A stretch of 64,000 bases of DNA from Octopus sinensis (Eukaryota): positions 67,394,001-67,458,000 of the forward strand of contig NC_043010.1 in NCBI RefSeq assembly GCF_006345805.1. The letters run 5' to 3'. The position numbers and the translations under genes are program-made. Numbering within the stretch: the stretch's first letter is position 1; each line of letters begins with the position of its first letter. Below, piece by piece: positions 51,231 through 63,686 of the stretch. The notes below the pieces were generated by a model. The model made no database searches, was not told the origin of the DNA, and worked only from the letters and a program-made list of their open reading frames with translations.

Positions 51231-52195
51231 CTTTACATAAAAGAAAGAAAAAAAACCCCAATTATTTTGAGTTATCTCCCTTCCATTTGTTTGGTTGAGT
51301 CAAGCATTGTTGAACTATGTTTACCTCTCCTTGAAATGAGTATACTTTTGATAACTAAAGTTACCATGTTCCTCCACATCAAAATGAGTTAGTGCTTACT
51401 CCACTAAAATATTCACGGTTATATCATGATGCATACAACAATATATATGCACACATGCACATTAGAGTAAGGGAAAGGAGAAATGAAGAATAGCAGATTG
51501 ATCAATGTTTTATGGGCCCTACAAGCCTTGCAAAAAGCAGCTGGAGGAATTATATAAGAGTTTAAAAGATTTCAAATTCTTCATATTTAAATTAAAAAAA
51601 ACACAAAATTTTCCCATATTTTAAGATACTTCACTCCCCTTAACATAAACATTAGAACTTCACCAGATAATTAATCATAATTCTAACCCCTTCCCTTCCT
51701 CTACCCACCCTCCTACCATTCTTTCATTTTCCACAATCTTGAATCATCATTATTGGTTTTTGAGTGTTTCCATGTTCACAAGATTTGATCAATGCTGTAA
51801 TACATCTGCTTTTCACAGATATAATATATTGATTTTGTATCACACTCTCTGCAAAAAGAAATCCCCTTAGATTAGATTAGATTTTGTCCCTAGTCTTATT
51901 TAATAATGTATAAATGGTTGGCAAACTTATACCAATACCAGAATTAACTCATTCTTACCTGAACCAAGAAGCAATATATATATATATATATGTATATAAA
52001 ATGTATCCTCAATAGTACATGTATAAACAGGGCAAATTTAGCCATTTCTCTGAAGACTGAGAATACAATGAACTGCGTTAATCGATTTTCAAACCTTATT
52101 AGGTTCCCATCAGATGTGTTCACATCAATTTGACAAATCCCAGAAAAATAAGCAGCAAATAAGTTTATATAGCCAACAAATTCAACATATATGCA

Positions 52196-52284
<89 letters not shown>

Positions 52285-52286
<2 letters not shown>

Positions 52287-52460
52287 CCAATATATCAGAA
52301 CTTAATTACAGCTCTTGGTGGTCCAAATCAGATATGCAGTCTATGTGGGTGTCTTTTCAAAACTTTGTCTGGTTTAAAAACCCACATCAGATGCCATGAT
52401 GATTCTAAGCTGTAGGTGCAGGAGGTGGTCAAACTTTGCATAAGGTGTAGACAACCACAT
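52285..52460 (+). mobile_element. Probable LINE 3' end encoding a single C2H2-type finger
   Basis: CSLCGCLFKTLSGLKTHIRCH (C-x2-C-x12-H-x3-H, 52335-52397), stop at 52415, then a short UTR and (CATA)n. Confidence 0.45.
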
Positions 52461-53018
52461 ACATACATATGTATATATACTTGTGTTATATAATAATTAC
52501 TGGTGTCCTTATATATTACTATATTTTATATTTTATATCTTATATGTAAAGAATAATATGTTATATGTATGTATGTTATTGTAATTATCAGTTTAATAAA
52601 TAAATAAATAAGTTAACATAATATAATGTCTAAAAGTTGATGAACCACCTATTGTTCTCCTCCATTTTCTTATTGCTATATAAACATATATCTAATCTAT
52701 ACACACACACACACCGTTTATCTTAATCTTTTCTCTTTTACTTGTGCCAGTCATTGGAGTATGGCCACACTGGAGCACTGCATTCAAAGGTCGAACAAAT
52801 CGACCTTAATACTTATCATTTTTCTTTTAAGCTCGGTAATGATTTTATCGATCACTTTTGCCCAATTGGTAAGTCACAGGGATGTAAACAAACCAGCGCC
52901 AGTTGTCAAGTGACTGTAACACACACACACACACACACACACGCAGAGGTTTGGTGATGTAAACAGGAAAAGAACTCAAGATATAAAAATATGAATATAT
53001 CCATATTTTTATTAATAT

Positions 53019-54768
53019 CACTGTACAACAAATTTCAGGGTCAAGAGAAAAACATAGTTCTCATATACATTTTATTATGAAGTTGATTGTGCTAAATTCG
53101 AATTTTATAACAAAAATTTCCCATCACATTATATTTTCTTGTAAGTTATTGACCTAATAACTATGCATTTTATACCAATTTCCACGATACCGTAAATGTA
53201 TTTTGTTCCCAAAGTTCGATTAAATATGTCTATTGTAATTAATTCATAAATATATAACGAATTGGCATGTTTGTTAGCATTATATAATGTATTAACCTAC
53301 ATTTTAGTATTTACTTCTTTGTTTATAAGACATCTCAGGTGTGTCATGCTTCAGGTTCCAGCAGAAGTCAGCCAGCATATACCTGTTTTCTGATGGTGCT
53401 ATATCTTGATGGAACCTCTCTCCATGTTCATCACTCACATCACCTGCATTTTCAGAGAAGGACAGATGAGAATGAAGAAAGTGTATCTTCAGTGACATAT
53501 TGTACCTGAGATCTTGGTAGCACTTGATTAGGCTCTCCACTATACTCTGTTGCTGGGTCACTTGGTGCTTTCCCAGAAGTCCTTTGCATACACCTTTGAA
53601 TGCATGCCAGGCCACTAGCTCAGTTTCATCCATTGTTACCTCGAAGTCCTCATCAGCTATAAGTTGACGAATCTGAGGGCCTATGAATCTGCCCTATTTA
53701 ATCTTGGCATCACTTATTTTAGGGAAGATCACCTTGAGGTGCTGGATCCATGGCTTGCTATGTTGCGGTATTTTGGTAAATTGCTTCATTAGGCCGAGTT
53801 TTATATGCAGTGGTGGCAAAATGATTTTCTCCTTCTTAACTAGTGGCTCATGATTTACATTATAGCATCCAGGCATCATAGTTCCCTGAGGTGGCCATTC
53901 TGAGCATAAATAACGTTCTGATATGGCCCTACTGTCCCACTTGCAAAAGAAGCACATAAACTTAGTATATCCAGTTTGTAATCCATTAAGTTGGGTTATT
54001 ACTTTCAAGTCCGCACAAATTAGCTACTCATGCTTCTTATAACTTATGCAGTCTAGAATAAAAGCAAAGGCTCTTATAAGCCTCTCTTAAAATGACTGAG
54101 TGAGCAATAGGAACTGAAGGCATGGTATTCCCAATGTGCAACAGAACTGCTTTTATGCTGTAAAGAGATGCACCTATGAATAACCTCCATTCATTTGGTT
54201 CATAGGTCAGCTTAAGGGCTTTGAATAGTTCTTTGATATCATTACAATAAGTCAAGTTGTTTTCCAAAGTGAAGAATTGTTATAGGTCTGCAGAAATACT
54301 GCAATTCGATCATCTTTATCCAACAGGTTCCTCCATTATTGCAGACGTGAGGCCAGGACTTCACTCTGTCACTTAGTAAGTGTTAGATCATGAACCAGAT
54401 CATTGAGTTCAGGTTGGGTAATGAGGTGTGGTTTCTTGTCAGATTTACCACAGATTTGTACCCATATAACTATAAAAATATTGAATGTATTTCTATAATT
54501 TTCATAGGATAAGTTGACAAAGACTTTAGGAACACACCATTAAATTTATATCAAAATCCGTTCATAACTTTTAGAGATGTCAGTTTCGGCCCAATCCCAT
54601 TTGCACTCAATTCCTACGAAACCATCAGTGTATTTAGCGTAAGATGGTAATTTTCGAGAAACTGGAGGGCCACAGAAAGAAACGGATGTTATATTCGTGA
54701 TCTACACAGAAAATACCTCTAGAAAAGGATATTCCCATTTCCGTTTTCATTTTCATTGTTATACAGTG
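53019..54768 (-). mobile_element. Chapaev3-type (CMC superfamily) DNA transposon, degenerate and lacking the transposase N-terminus
   Basis: TIRs CACTGTACAACAA / CACTGTATAACAA and a 3-bp TSD TAT. Fragments PHLITQPELNDLV, CFFCKWDSRA, LPPLHIKLGLMKQF, MSLKIHFLHSHL and SDEHGERFHQDI, with stops and frameshifts. Confidence 0.85.
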
Positions 54769-54936
54769 TATTTAGTAGAAGCAACAAAGTGATTCCAGGG
54801 CAGAGAGATTCGTGCATTGGTAAATGCAACTCACATAACTCTCAGACCTTGAGCTCCTCTCTTGTGTCTTCTAAATATTAATAAAAATATACATATACTC
54901 ATATTTTGAGTTCAATTTTTCCTATTTGCATCGCCA

Positions 54937-54971
<35 letters not shown>

Positions 54972-55021
54972 CGTTTTTGGATTTGGTTTACAAGATTCTT
55001 TATATGAGTTCGTGTGTTGAA

Positions 55022-55190
55022 GCATATTCTGTTGTGTCTGGGGAGAGTCATTCTCTTTTAGTGCCTTTTAGTACCAACGAAAATTTTAGGAAAATAAAAA
55101 GACGAAATAAGAGGAAATTTTACCGGTGAGTGTGTTAAATAATAAGGTACTAAAAGAGAATAACTCTCCCCAGACACAACAGAATATATA
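55022..55190. repeat. About 45-bp inverted repeat of a PLE-like terminus between (TA)n runs
   Basis: ATATTCTGTTGTGTCTGGGGAGAGT(C)ATTCTCTTTTAGT(G)CCTT and its reverse complement at 55144-55190. Confidence 0.7.
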
Positions 55191-55533
55191 TATATATATA
55201 TATATATATTATCCATTCGCAAAGCTTTGGTCGTCCAGGGGCTATAGTAGAAGATACTTGCCCATGGTGCCAAGCAGCGGGACTGAACCCAGAAGTATGT
55301 GTTTGGAAAGTGACCTTATTACTACACAGCTTCGCCTGCACCTATATGAAAATAAAATACCCGTGTAAACATATGGCGCATGATCCAGGGTTTATTTAGT
55401 TACATTACAGCTTTTTAAAGCCACGTTATCTTTAGATTCAAAGCAGAGCGTAGCAACAGTTTTTAGTTACAGCTTATCTACATGTAATAGAAAAAATACA
55501 GTGTTTGTCTATGTTTGTGAATGTTTGAATTAC

Positions 55534-55694
55534 CTGTCTTCACCAGAGAAAAAAGATGTCTTGTTTTGCTTTTGATCGCTTCAGCTGCAATGTCGTCTGC
55601 TAGCTTGAGTGTCAGATCAATGCCGGGAAATTTTGCATTTAGTTATTTTAACATTCTGTATTCATAAGACTATCACGTATCGTATTCATTTCTT
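55534..55694 (-). pseudogene. Exon-like segment with a disrupted reading frame (MNTIRDSLMNTEC* / *LNAKFPGIDLTLKLADDIAAEAIKSKTRHLFSLVKT)
   Basis: Long pyrimidine tract...CAATAG| and CAG|GTAATT. The protein-like frame is preceded by TAA (55643-55645) and a frame offset. Confidence 0.3.
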
Positions 55695-57068
55695 CTATTG
55701 TAAAAGAAGTAGAAATGAAGTAGAAGTAGAAAAAAAAATTTTTCCATCCATATATAAATAGCTATTTTCATTGCAAATGGCTTGTCGGAATTTTCCGATC
55801 ATTCAGGCGGTAAACTACATTATTTAGGTTAGTTTTATTTTTATGATAAACAAACTTTAAAAAAAAATAATAATAAATAAATAAATGAAAGAAAGAAAGA
55901 AAGAAAATCCATGTCTTCAGAATTCGATCCATTTGGATTTTGATAATATTTTTAGATGTTAGGTTTTTGTTCGATCCTTCGTGAGAAAAGCTCTTACATT
56001 CGCAGTGTTCGTCCTTGATCGCTATGCGAAATATCCAATGTCAGCAGGATAATATGTCGATGTGAAATTAGCATTTTGAATACTAGTTAGGCCTCATACT
56101 AGTTTCATTTCTTATGATATTTTATGCATTAACTTGATTTATTATTCTTTCTATGTTATGTGGTTACCGATCTTTTCTGAGATGCCATTTTTACCAACTA
56201 AATTATTTAACGTTTTTTTTTCTCTCTCTCTCTCTTTCAGATTTCGAATGGCCGACATTTGGATTTTGGATTGCTGGAATTTCCAAATATAGAAACAACA
56301 GTATAAGAGCCGGACTTATCCTGCATTTTCATACTGTATAGAGCAAGGTCTAGATTTAGCTTAAGTGTTTTCCAAGTGAAATATACTGCCACAAAACGAC
56401 TTGCTGTTCACTTTCTTATCGATTTTTAGCAGTCATATTTGCTTTGTTATTTAGGATTAGAACGACCTTGCAAATAATGTAGGATACTTGGCGTCGAGAT
56501 TGAATGTCTGAAGTCGATCGCTTAAGATTTCAAAATTGTATTTTCCCTATAAAAAATTCTCAGAAATTCTTAAAAATTATTGCGGTCATAACTGTTTCAC
56601 CTCATGCTCGTCCACCACCATAATCTATCTCTACCTCTAACCAGATTTAAACTCGTAACTTGGTGGAAATAAACGGTATATTTCATAACGAAAACCAGTT
56701 ATACTCTATAACTTAATAGTTTCAAATTATGGTCTCATTTATTTAGTTGTTTAATTGCTAGACGTCTTTTAGTGCGTTATTTCATCCATAAAATACTTTG
56801 ATAAATGGTGACTTGAAATGAATACATTCGTCCGAAATTAGAACGACCGACTTTTTGTGGAAACGAGCGGTTAATTATAGGTGTGTTATATATATAATGT
56901 TCTAATATTTATAAAAAGGACGATAGACAAACATTCCCACCCAACCAAATAGGGTTTCTTTGGTTGGTTGGGAACGTTTTTCTATTGTTCTATTATTAGT
57001 TACACCAAGAGGCAGTGGCCATGCTGGGACACCGCCATTAATGTTTGTCATCCTTATAGACATTAAAA

Positions 57069-57486
57069 GGATCTTTTCGGTTTGAACGGCAGTTTTTAAA
57101 AATAATTTCCACGTAACTAAACACTTTAAAACTTCGTATACTGGTAGAATGTGTTTATAAAACATCTTTTTCTCTTGCCTTTATTGAGAAAATTCTATAG
57201 GTTGTAAGATATTTGTTGTTGTTTTTTCCTTCAATTTCTGCAATTTCAACCAATCAATGATGTCTATTGAGATGAAAACATTCTGTGCCGTATGAATATG
57301 TCCCTCGTTTAAGAAACAGATTGGGTTTATTTACATTTCTGAAGAAAAAAGATACCCTTCCTTCCACCCCTAACCCTAACCCTAAAACAGATTGAAATGC
57401 AATAGATCGATATTAGGGTCAAAATTATGGGTGACAATTTCATATGACACCGCTAGAAAAAACTGCTGTTCAAACCGAAAAGATCC
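57069..57486. mobile_element. MITE with TIRs of about 29 bp and internal CCCTAA repeats; truncated second copy at 58342-58645
   Basis: GGATCTTTTCGGTTTGAACGGCAGTTTTT / AAAAAACTGCTGTTCAAACCGAAAAGATCC. No TSD seen, superfamily unknown. Confidence 0.7.
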
Positions 57487-58158
57487 AACTAAAACGTTAC
57501 ATTTTGGTTACGTTCGCGGAAAATTTACTATGCTTGCTTGGAATTCTGTTATATAATACCATCACGGATGTCCCCCCCCAACTGTAGGAAGTGTGATTTG
57601 AAAGCAGGATTAAATTTATTATTTTGTAGAGATGAATCATGTTTTGAAATTAGTTTTACCTTAAAAACACACCCAGTGCTTATACTTGAAGTAAACTTGA
57701 AAAGCACCAACTGGTTCACACTTAATTTCTTTCTTTACAAAATATAGTTTCCCAGGAAACTAAATTTTCTTATTTCCTACCATATACAAGGAGAAACACC
57801 GCCCACTAGACGGTTTTCCCGAGCTTGTGTAATATATATATAGCAGATTGCATTGTCTACTGTGTTGTTAAGTCTTATTTTAGGATGCAAAAAAAATGAA
57901 AATAAAAAAAACGTGACAAAAAACGGAAAAATAAAAAATAAAAGTGACAACAGAAACAGTTTAAGAAAATAAATAATATATTTCATTAACGCATTGCAGT
58001 CTACCATGCATTCTACCAGATAAGCGGTTGATCTTTGTTAGTTAGGCCACATAAATCAGATTTGGTGATGGGGGTTAGACTTATACAGCTGTTAATCTCT
58101 CTCTGCGTTTGGTAGACTCAAATGGTGACATTGTTCGCGTACAAACTTATTGAAAGAG

Positions 58159-58260
58159 ATGGCTGCTCGACAAATGATACTTTGTTTACATCTTAGCTGC
58201 ACGGTCACAATATGGTGGATTAAGTTCAGTAATCATGAGGCCGAAAAAGGCGATCTTACG
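58159..58260 (+). CDS. Possible first coding exon of a plus-strand gene (MAARQMILCLHLSCTVTIWWIKFSNHEAEKGDLT)
   Basis: GAGATGG start context and an open frame to |GTATAA inside the CpG-rich region. No downstream exon found. Confidence 0.2.
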
Positions 58261-58669
58261 GTATAAGTACCGGTGTACTTCCAGAAGTACCCTAACACAA
58301 ACCTTAACCCCCCCATATATAAAAAAAACCCTACATTTTTGGGATCTTTTCCTTTTGAACGGCACTTTGTAACAATTTCTCGGTAACTAAAAAGTTTTAA
58401 ACTTCGTATACTGGTAGAATGTGTTTATAAAACATCTTTTTCTCTTGGCTTTATTGAGAAAATTCTATAGGTTGTAAGATATTTCGTCTAAAATTTCTTG
58501 CATTTCGGCAATTTTAACCAATCGCTGACGTCCATTTAGGTAAACAACATTCTGTGTATAATGAATATGTCCCTCCTTTAAGAAACAGATTGGGTTTATT
58601 TACATTTGTGAAGAAAAAAGATACCCTACCCCCACCCCTAACCCTATATATATATATATATATATATAA

Positions 58670-58870
58670 AGTTAAACCAAACAAGAAAACACAAAAAAAC
58701 ACAACACGAGGACTTGGAACAAATATAGTATTATTGGATGCTCAGGAAAGGAGGGTTTATCGTTTCGAGCGGAGCTCTTCGTCGGAAACATAGGAGAAGG
58801 AAAGACCCAGAGAAGGGAAGACAGAGGAAAAAAAATCCCCAACGGTACACACAAGGTCACATTTTGAAAG
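58670..58870 (-). mobile_element. Penelope-like terminus with a degenerate hammerhead motif (58755-58789)
   Basis: GTTT-CCGACGA-A-GAGC-TCC-GCTC-GAAAC-GAT-AAAC. Confidence 0.7.
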
Positions 58871-60456
58871 ACCAGAAGGAAAAGGGTGAAGAAAGATGAT
58901 ATATATATATATATATATGGCTCTCATACAGTTTTCAAATACCAAATTCACTCATAAATCATTGGTTGGCCTGGTGCTATAGTAGCAGACATTACTTACC
59001 CAAGGTGCCATGCAGTAGAACTGAACCAAAAACCATGATGGTGCTAATGAAGCTTCTTAACTACACAGCCATAGTGGAGTCTCAATAAAAGTGTGCTTCT
59101 TGCAGAAGTTAAAAAGAAACAAAGAGAGATTTCTTTGAACGATTCACACAAAATATTTTAACTCTAAACAACAATCCAATCTAAGCAGCTATGGAAACAT
59201 GTCTTTGAAGATGATAAATTCTAATAAAATGAAAACAGTGTCTTTACAATCATAATAATAATAATAATTAGAAGGAGGAAGGGGAGGAGGAGGACGATGA
59301 TGATGACGACGACAGTGATGACAATGATGATGATAATGATGACGATGGTAGTGATAGCAGTGGCGGCGGCAGTGGCAGTGGTGGTGGTGGAGTGGTGGTG
59401 GTGGTGGTGGTGATGATGATAATGCTGCTGCTGATGATGATGATGAAATTTTTTCTTTTAATCCCAGTTAGATCTATAGTCATTTTCTAAAATTGAATCT
59501 AGAATTCCGAATTGGAAACTATTTTAAAAAGCTTCATTTTATATAACTTCTGAGGCAAACTTTTGAGAAATATCGATTCTTTTTTTGAATAAGCAGTTGA
59601 ATTAACTCTGAATTAATCTATTATAGGTTCTCCTTTTACCGACTGCGACCCACCACCCTACCACAAACGTTGGATGGGTGGGTAGAGGCAGTAAACAATG
59701 GTTGATAAAATGTGTTGTAGTTTTTAATTATGTTTCTTTGCAATTTGAGTTCAAATAAACCAGAGAGAAAATTGCCTTTCATCTTTTCAAAAGCCAATGA
59801 AATAAGAACCAGGGTTGGTTTAATCCACCATACCATTCCATAAATACGTGTAACCATGAGTTTGTTTCACTCGTTTGTTTTACTTCCATTTTCCTATGCT
59901 TGCATGGGTTGGATGAATATGTTTATTGGAGGTATTGTTTTACAGCTGGATGTCCTTCCTGATGTGTGATTCTTACCTGTTTTTTAAGTAAAAGAACACT
60001 TGTTCCACACAGGTTTGACGGCACGAAGAGTCAAAATGGTTTGTTAACAGGAGAAACCGACAAAACCATTCACCGCTCTTTCATGTTAAAGACTGCAGAT
60101 GTAAACAAACACAAATACACATGCAGACACACACACACACACTTACACAAATACACACATATACACACACGTATACATACATACATATGTACATACATTG
60201 ATATATACATACGTACATACACACACATACATACATACATACACACACACATACATACATGCATTTCATACATATGTACATACACACACACACATATATA
60301 TATATATACATACATGCATACATACATACATACACACACATACATACTTATATATACACACACACATACATACATGCATACACACATACATACATACTTT
60401 CATACCCGTGTACATACATAGATATATATATATATACATACACATACATACGCACA

Positions 60457-60487
<31 letters not shown>

Positions 60488-60499
60488 GTACCAACAAAT

Positions 60500-61010
60500 T
60501 TACACAAAAACCTAAAAACACTTGGCTCAATGGAAAAAGAGCAAAAGAAACCGGTGCAGCCTCTCCATATCCAATCAATCAGCAGCACAATGAAGATATG
60601 TAAGACATTCCAGAAATTCTCCACATGAGATTCTTATGTGAATAGATGCACACACACACTTGGATCTATGCAGCAACAGATCAACCAACACGTCAACCAA
60701 CACATCAACCACATATTCACAAACACTGGCAACTCCCTCGACTCAAAAGAGTTTTATCACTTGCTTAGGAACTGGCTTGAACTCTCTCAAGAAGAACTTA
60801 AATAAAACTTGAAGAAAAATCATACATACATGACCTTTTGAGAAGGCTGGGCTACTCGACCCGAAGAAAATTCTAACTGGGCCCCACTTGCAAGGTCATG
60901 CGCTGTTTATCTTGATATAAGGTCACTATGTTGTGCACACATGCTTGTGATGCATGCACCTGGTGTATCCTTATCAGATGGGCAGACATGGTAGGTATAG
61001 CGGAAATTGG
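60500..61010 (+). mobile_element. Probable LINE 3' end (broken ORF of about 90 codons plus UTR)
   Basis: EKEQKKPVQPLHI...KFST*DSYVNR...NWLELSQEELK* in one frame. Clade not recognised. Confidence 0.3.
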
Positions 61011-61099
61011 AGCCTTTCAGTTTTAATGCACTAAATAATACTTTTGTATTGAGTACTGCAGTTTATCACTGCTGGTAAATCAACAAAGATACACATACA

Positions 61100-61167
<68 letters not shown>

Positions 61168-61248
61168 ATATACATACATACATACATATGTACGTATGTA
61201 TGTATGTATGTTTGTATCTATCAATCTGTCTCTCTCTCTCTCTCTGTA

Positions 61249-61324
<76 letters not shown>

Positions 61325-61559
61325 CATATATATATAAAAGACAAGAAATAATTTTTGCCTCTTTTTTATGACTCTGTTTCAATTAATTTTTAAAATAATT
61401 AAGAATTTAGTAAAATAGCTTTCTCATTATTAAGCTGAGGTCTGGAACAAATTAACATAAAATGTTGATGGAAGATAATAATTCAGACCACTTTAAAACA
61501 GTAAGTTTATGTCATAGAATAGGGGACAGTCTCAGGCAGGTTGGTATCAAAAGGGTTAA

Positions 61560-61725
61560 GGTATAGTATAATACCCAGGGCTTCATCACTCCTGAAAGGA
61601 GGAACCCCTACCTTGGACTCCTTCAACCACTGTCTGTCTCTGGCCAGTTGTGGTCGTGGAGGCTCCAAGTAGCATGCAAGATCATCTCGCCACTTGTCTT
61701 CGGTCCATCTCTTGATCTTGTCCAT
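61560..61725 (-). mobile_element. RTE LINE C-terminal fragment
   Basis: RWTEDKWRDDL...LARDRQWLKE resembles the RTE RW.DD...A.DR..W terminus. Confidence 0.5.
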
Positions 61726-62342
61726 TGTAAAAACATAGCAACCTTCGATTATGACATGGTTGACTGGACTTGCTTAAGGAATGTCTTATTTTTTGCATCT
61801 CATTACTGCTATTGTACTACCGTAATGTGATCAAGTATTCTCTCTACTTCACTTTCAATGAGTCTATCTACCAACAGTAAATAATTACTATTAAATGGTA
61901 TTGTTCTCAGTAAGAAGCAGCAAATGAAACAAATGTTGTATGTTTGATCTTCCTCTTGATAAGACACAGAAGTGACCTGTATTGTGGAGCTGGCATTGAT
62001 TATTTTATTATCTCTTCAATGTCACTACATATTAATTAGATAGATAAATTAAATAGGTTTTAGCCTTTATTGGCCCAAGCCATGTCTAATTTAATTGCTC
62101 CACTTGAAGGAGTCATTTAATTGTTTAGCATTCAGATTACTCTGTCGAATGTAATGCTTATTCATTCACACTGTTTTAATTTAATCATGCAATCAATATC
62201 TCATAGCACCAAGATTTCAATGTTGAGATTTATTTCCTAGAATGACATTGTAGGGTAGGCATGAAAGGTTAGATATGGTTGGTTTAAAAATAAAACAGGT
62301 AGAATATTTGGGCCTGATATGGCCAGTATGAATGCTAAAGGG

Positions 62343-62880
62343 TTAACCCTTTCGATACCAACCCGACTGAAACTGGCTCTGGCACTGAGTACAAATGTCT
62401 TGTTTTCATAAGTTTTGAATTAAAATCTTCCATCAAACCTTAATCACAATTCATGTTCCTAACACTAGCTGAATGATAACTAAGTTATTTTACTAAATTC
62501 TTTGTTATATTTAAAATTAATTGAAAGAAACACAGAGCATCTCAAAATAAATACAGTAATGAAAGGGTTAAAATATATAATAGAGAAACAATTCTTAACC
62601 TTTTCGTTACCAACCTGGCTGAAACTGGCTCTGGCTCTCAGTACAAATGTCTTGTTTTCATAAGTTTTGAATTAAAATCTTCCACCAAACCTTAGTCACA
62701 ATTTATGTTCCTAACACTAGCTTAATGATAACTAAGTTATTTTACTAAATTCTTTATTATATTTAGAATTAATTGAAAGAAACACAGAGTATCTCAAAAT
62801 AAATACAGTAATGAAAGGGTTAAAATACATAATAGAGAAACAATTCTTAACCCTTTTGATACCAACCTGGCTGAAACTGT
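62343..62880. mobile_element. Head-to-tail array of a piggyBac-like MITE, period 252 bp (2 full copies and 1 stub)
   Basis: TTAACC(C/T)TTT at 62343, 62595 and 62847. The same 23-bp spacer AATA(T/C)ATAATAGAGAAACAATTC follows each full copy. Confidence 0.85.
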
Positions 62881-63312
62881 GAGCATCCGAGGATGTGTGT
62901 GTGTGCGTCCATGAGAGGGATAGAGAAACGTGAGGTGGGGTGTGTAGGGGTGCGTTGGTGTAGGCAAGGGTGCGGATATCAAGTGTGCGGCAGGTGTATG
63001 AGTGCATGTGTGTCTTGTGTATGTGTGCGCATGTTTGCAGGTGTGTGTGATATATGTGTGGTGTATGGTATAGGAATATGAAATATAAAAAATAATACAA
63101 AGAATAATAAATAATATATGAAAAATTGGTAAAATACTATCTATCTACCTATCTATCTATACATACATATATATATATATAGATATATATATATATTTAA
63201 AAAATGTAAAATCTATCTATCTGTCTGTTTGTTTGTCTGTCTGTCTATCTATCTATTGATCTATCTATCTACCTATCTGTCTGTCTATCTATCTATTGAT
63301 CTATCTATCTAC

Positions 63313-63378
<66 letters not shown>

Positions 63379-63654
63379 GTTTGTCTGTCTGTCTGACTGT
63401 CTATCAATCTATCTACCTATCAATCTACACACATACACACACACGCACACACGCACGCACACATACACACACACACACGCAAACTCAAGCTGCTGTGCTT
63501 CATGAAGGTAATTCTGTCTGTAAAAGTACACAAAATGTAGATCACTTCTCATTATTTATTGTTGATTAATTAATTAGTAAGTGAGCTGCAAGCAGTGCAA
63601 TGCGTGTGTGTGTGTGCGTGCGTGCGTGTGTGTGCGTGCGTGCGTGCGTGCGTG

Positions 63655-63686
<32 letters not shown>

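Larger units (their letters stand above)
55300..58300. promoter_or_regulatory. CpG-retaining, microsatellite-poor region; possible (bidirectional) promoter
   Basis: CG dinucleotides are visibly more frequent than at 47.6-53 kb or 59-63 kb (not counted). A CCGCCC box lies near 57797. Confidence 0.35.

Noticed and set aside
56168-56188. AAAATGG start with MASQKRS|GTAACC as first exon of the minus-strand gene
   Set aside because: Phase 0 splicing into the 55694 acceptor gives an immediate stop (KK*).
57365-57385. CCCTAA repeats as an interstitial telomere
   Set aside because: Only 2-3 units, internal to a TIR element that recurs at 58342.
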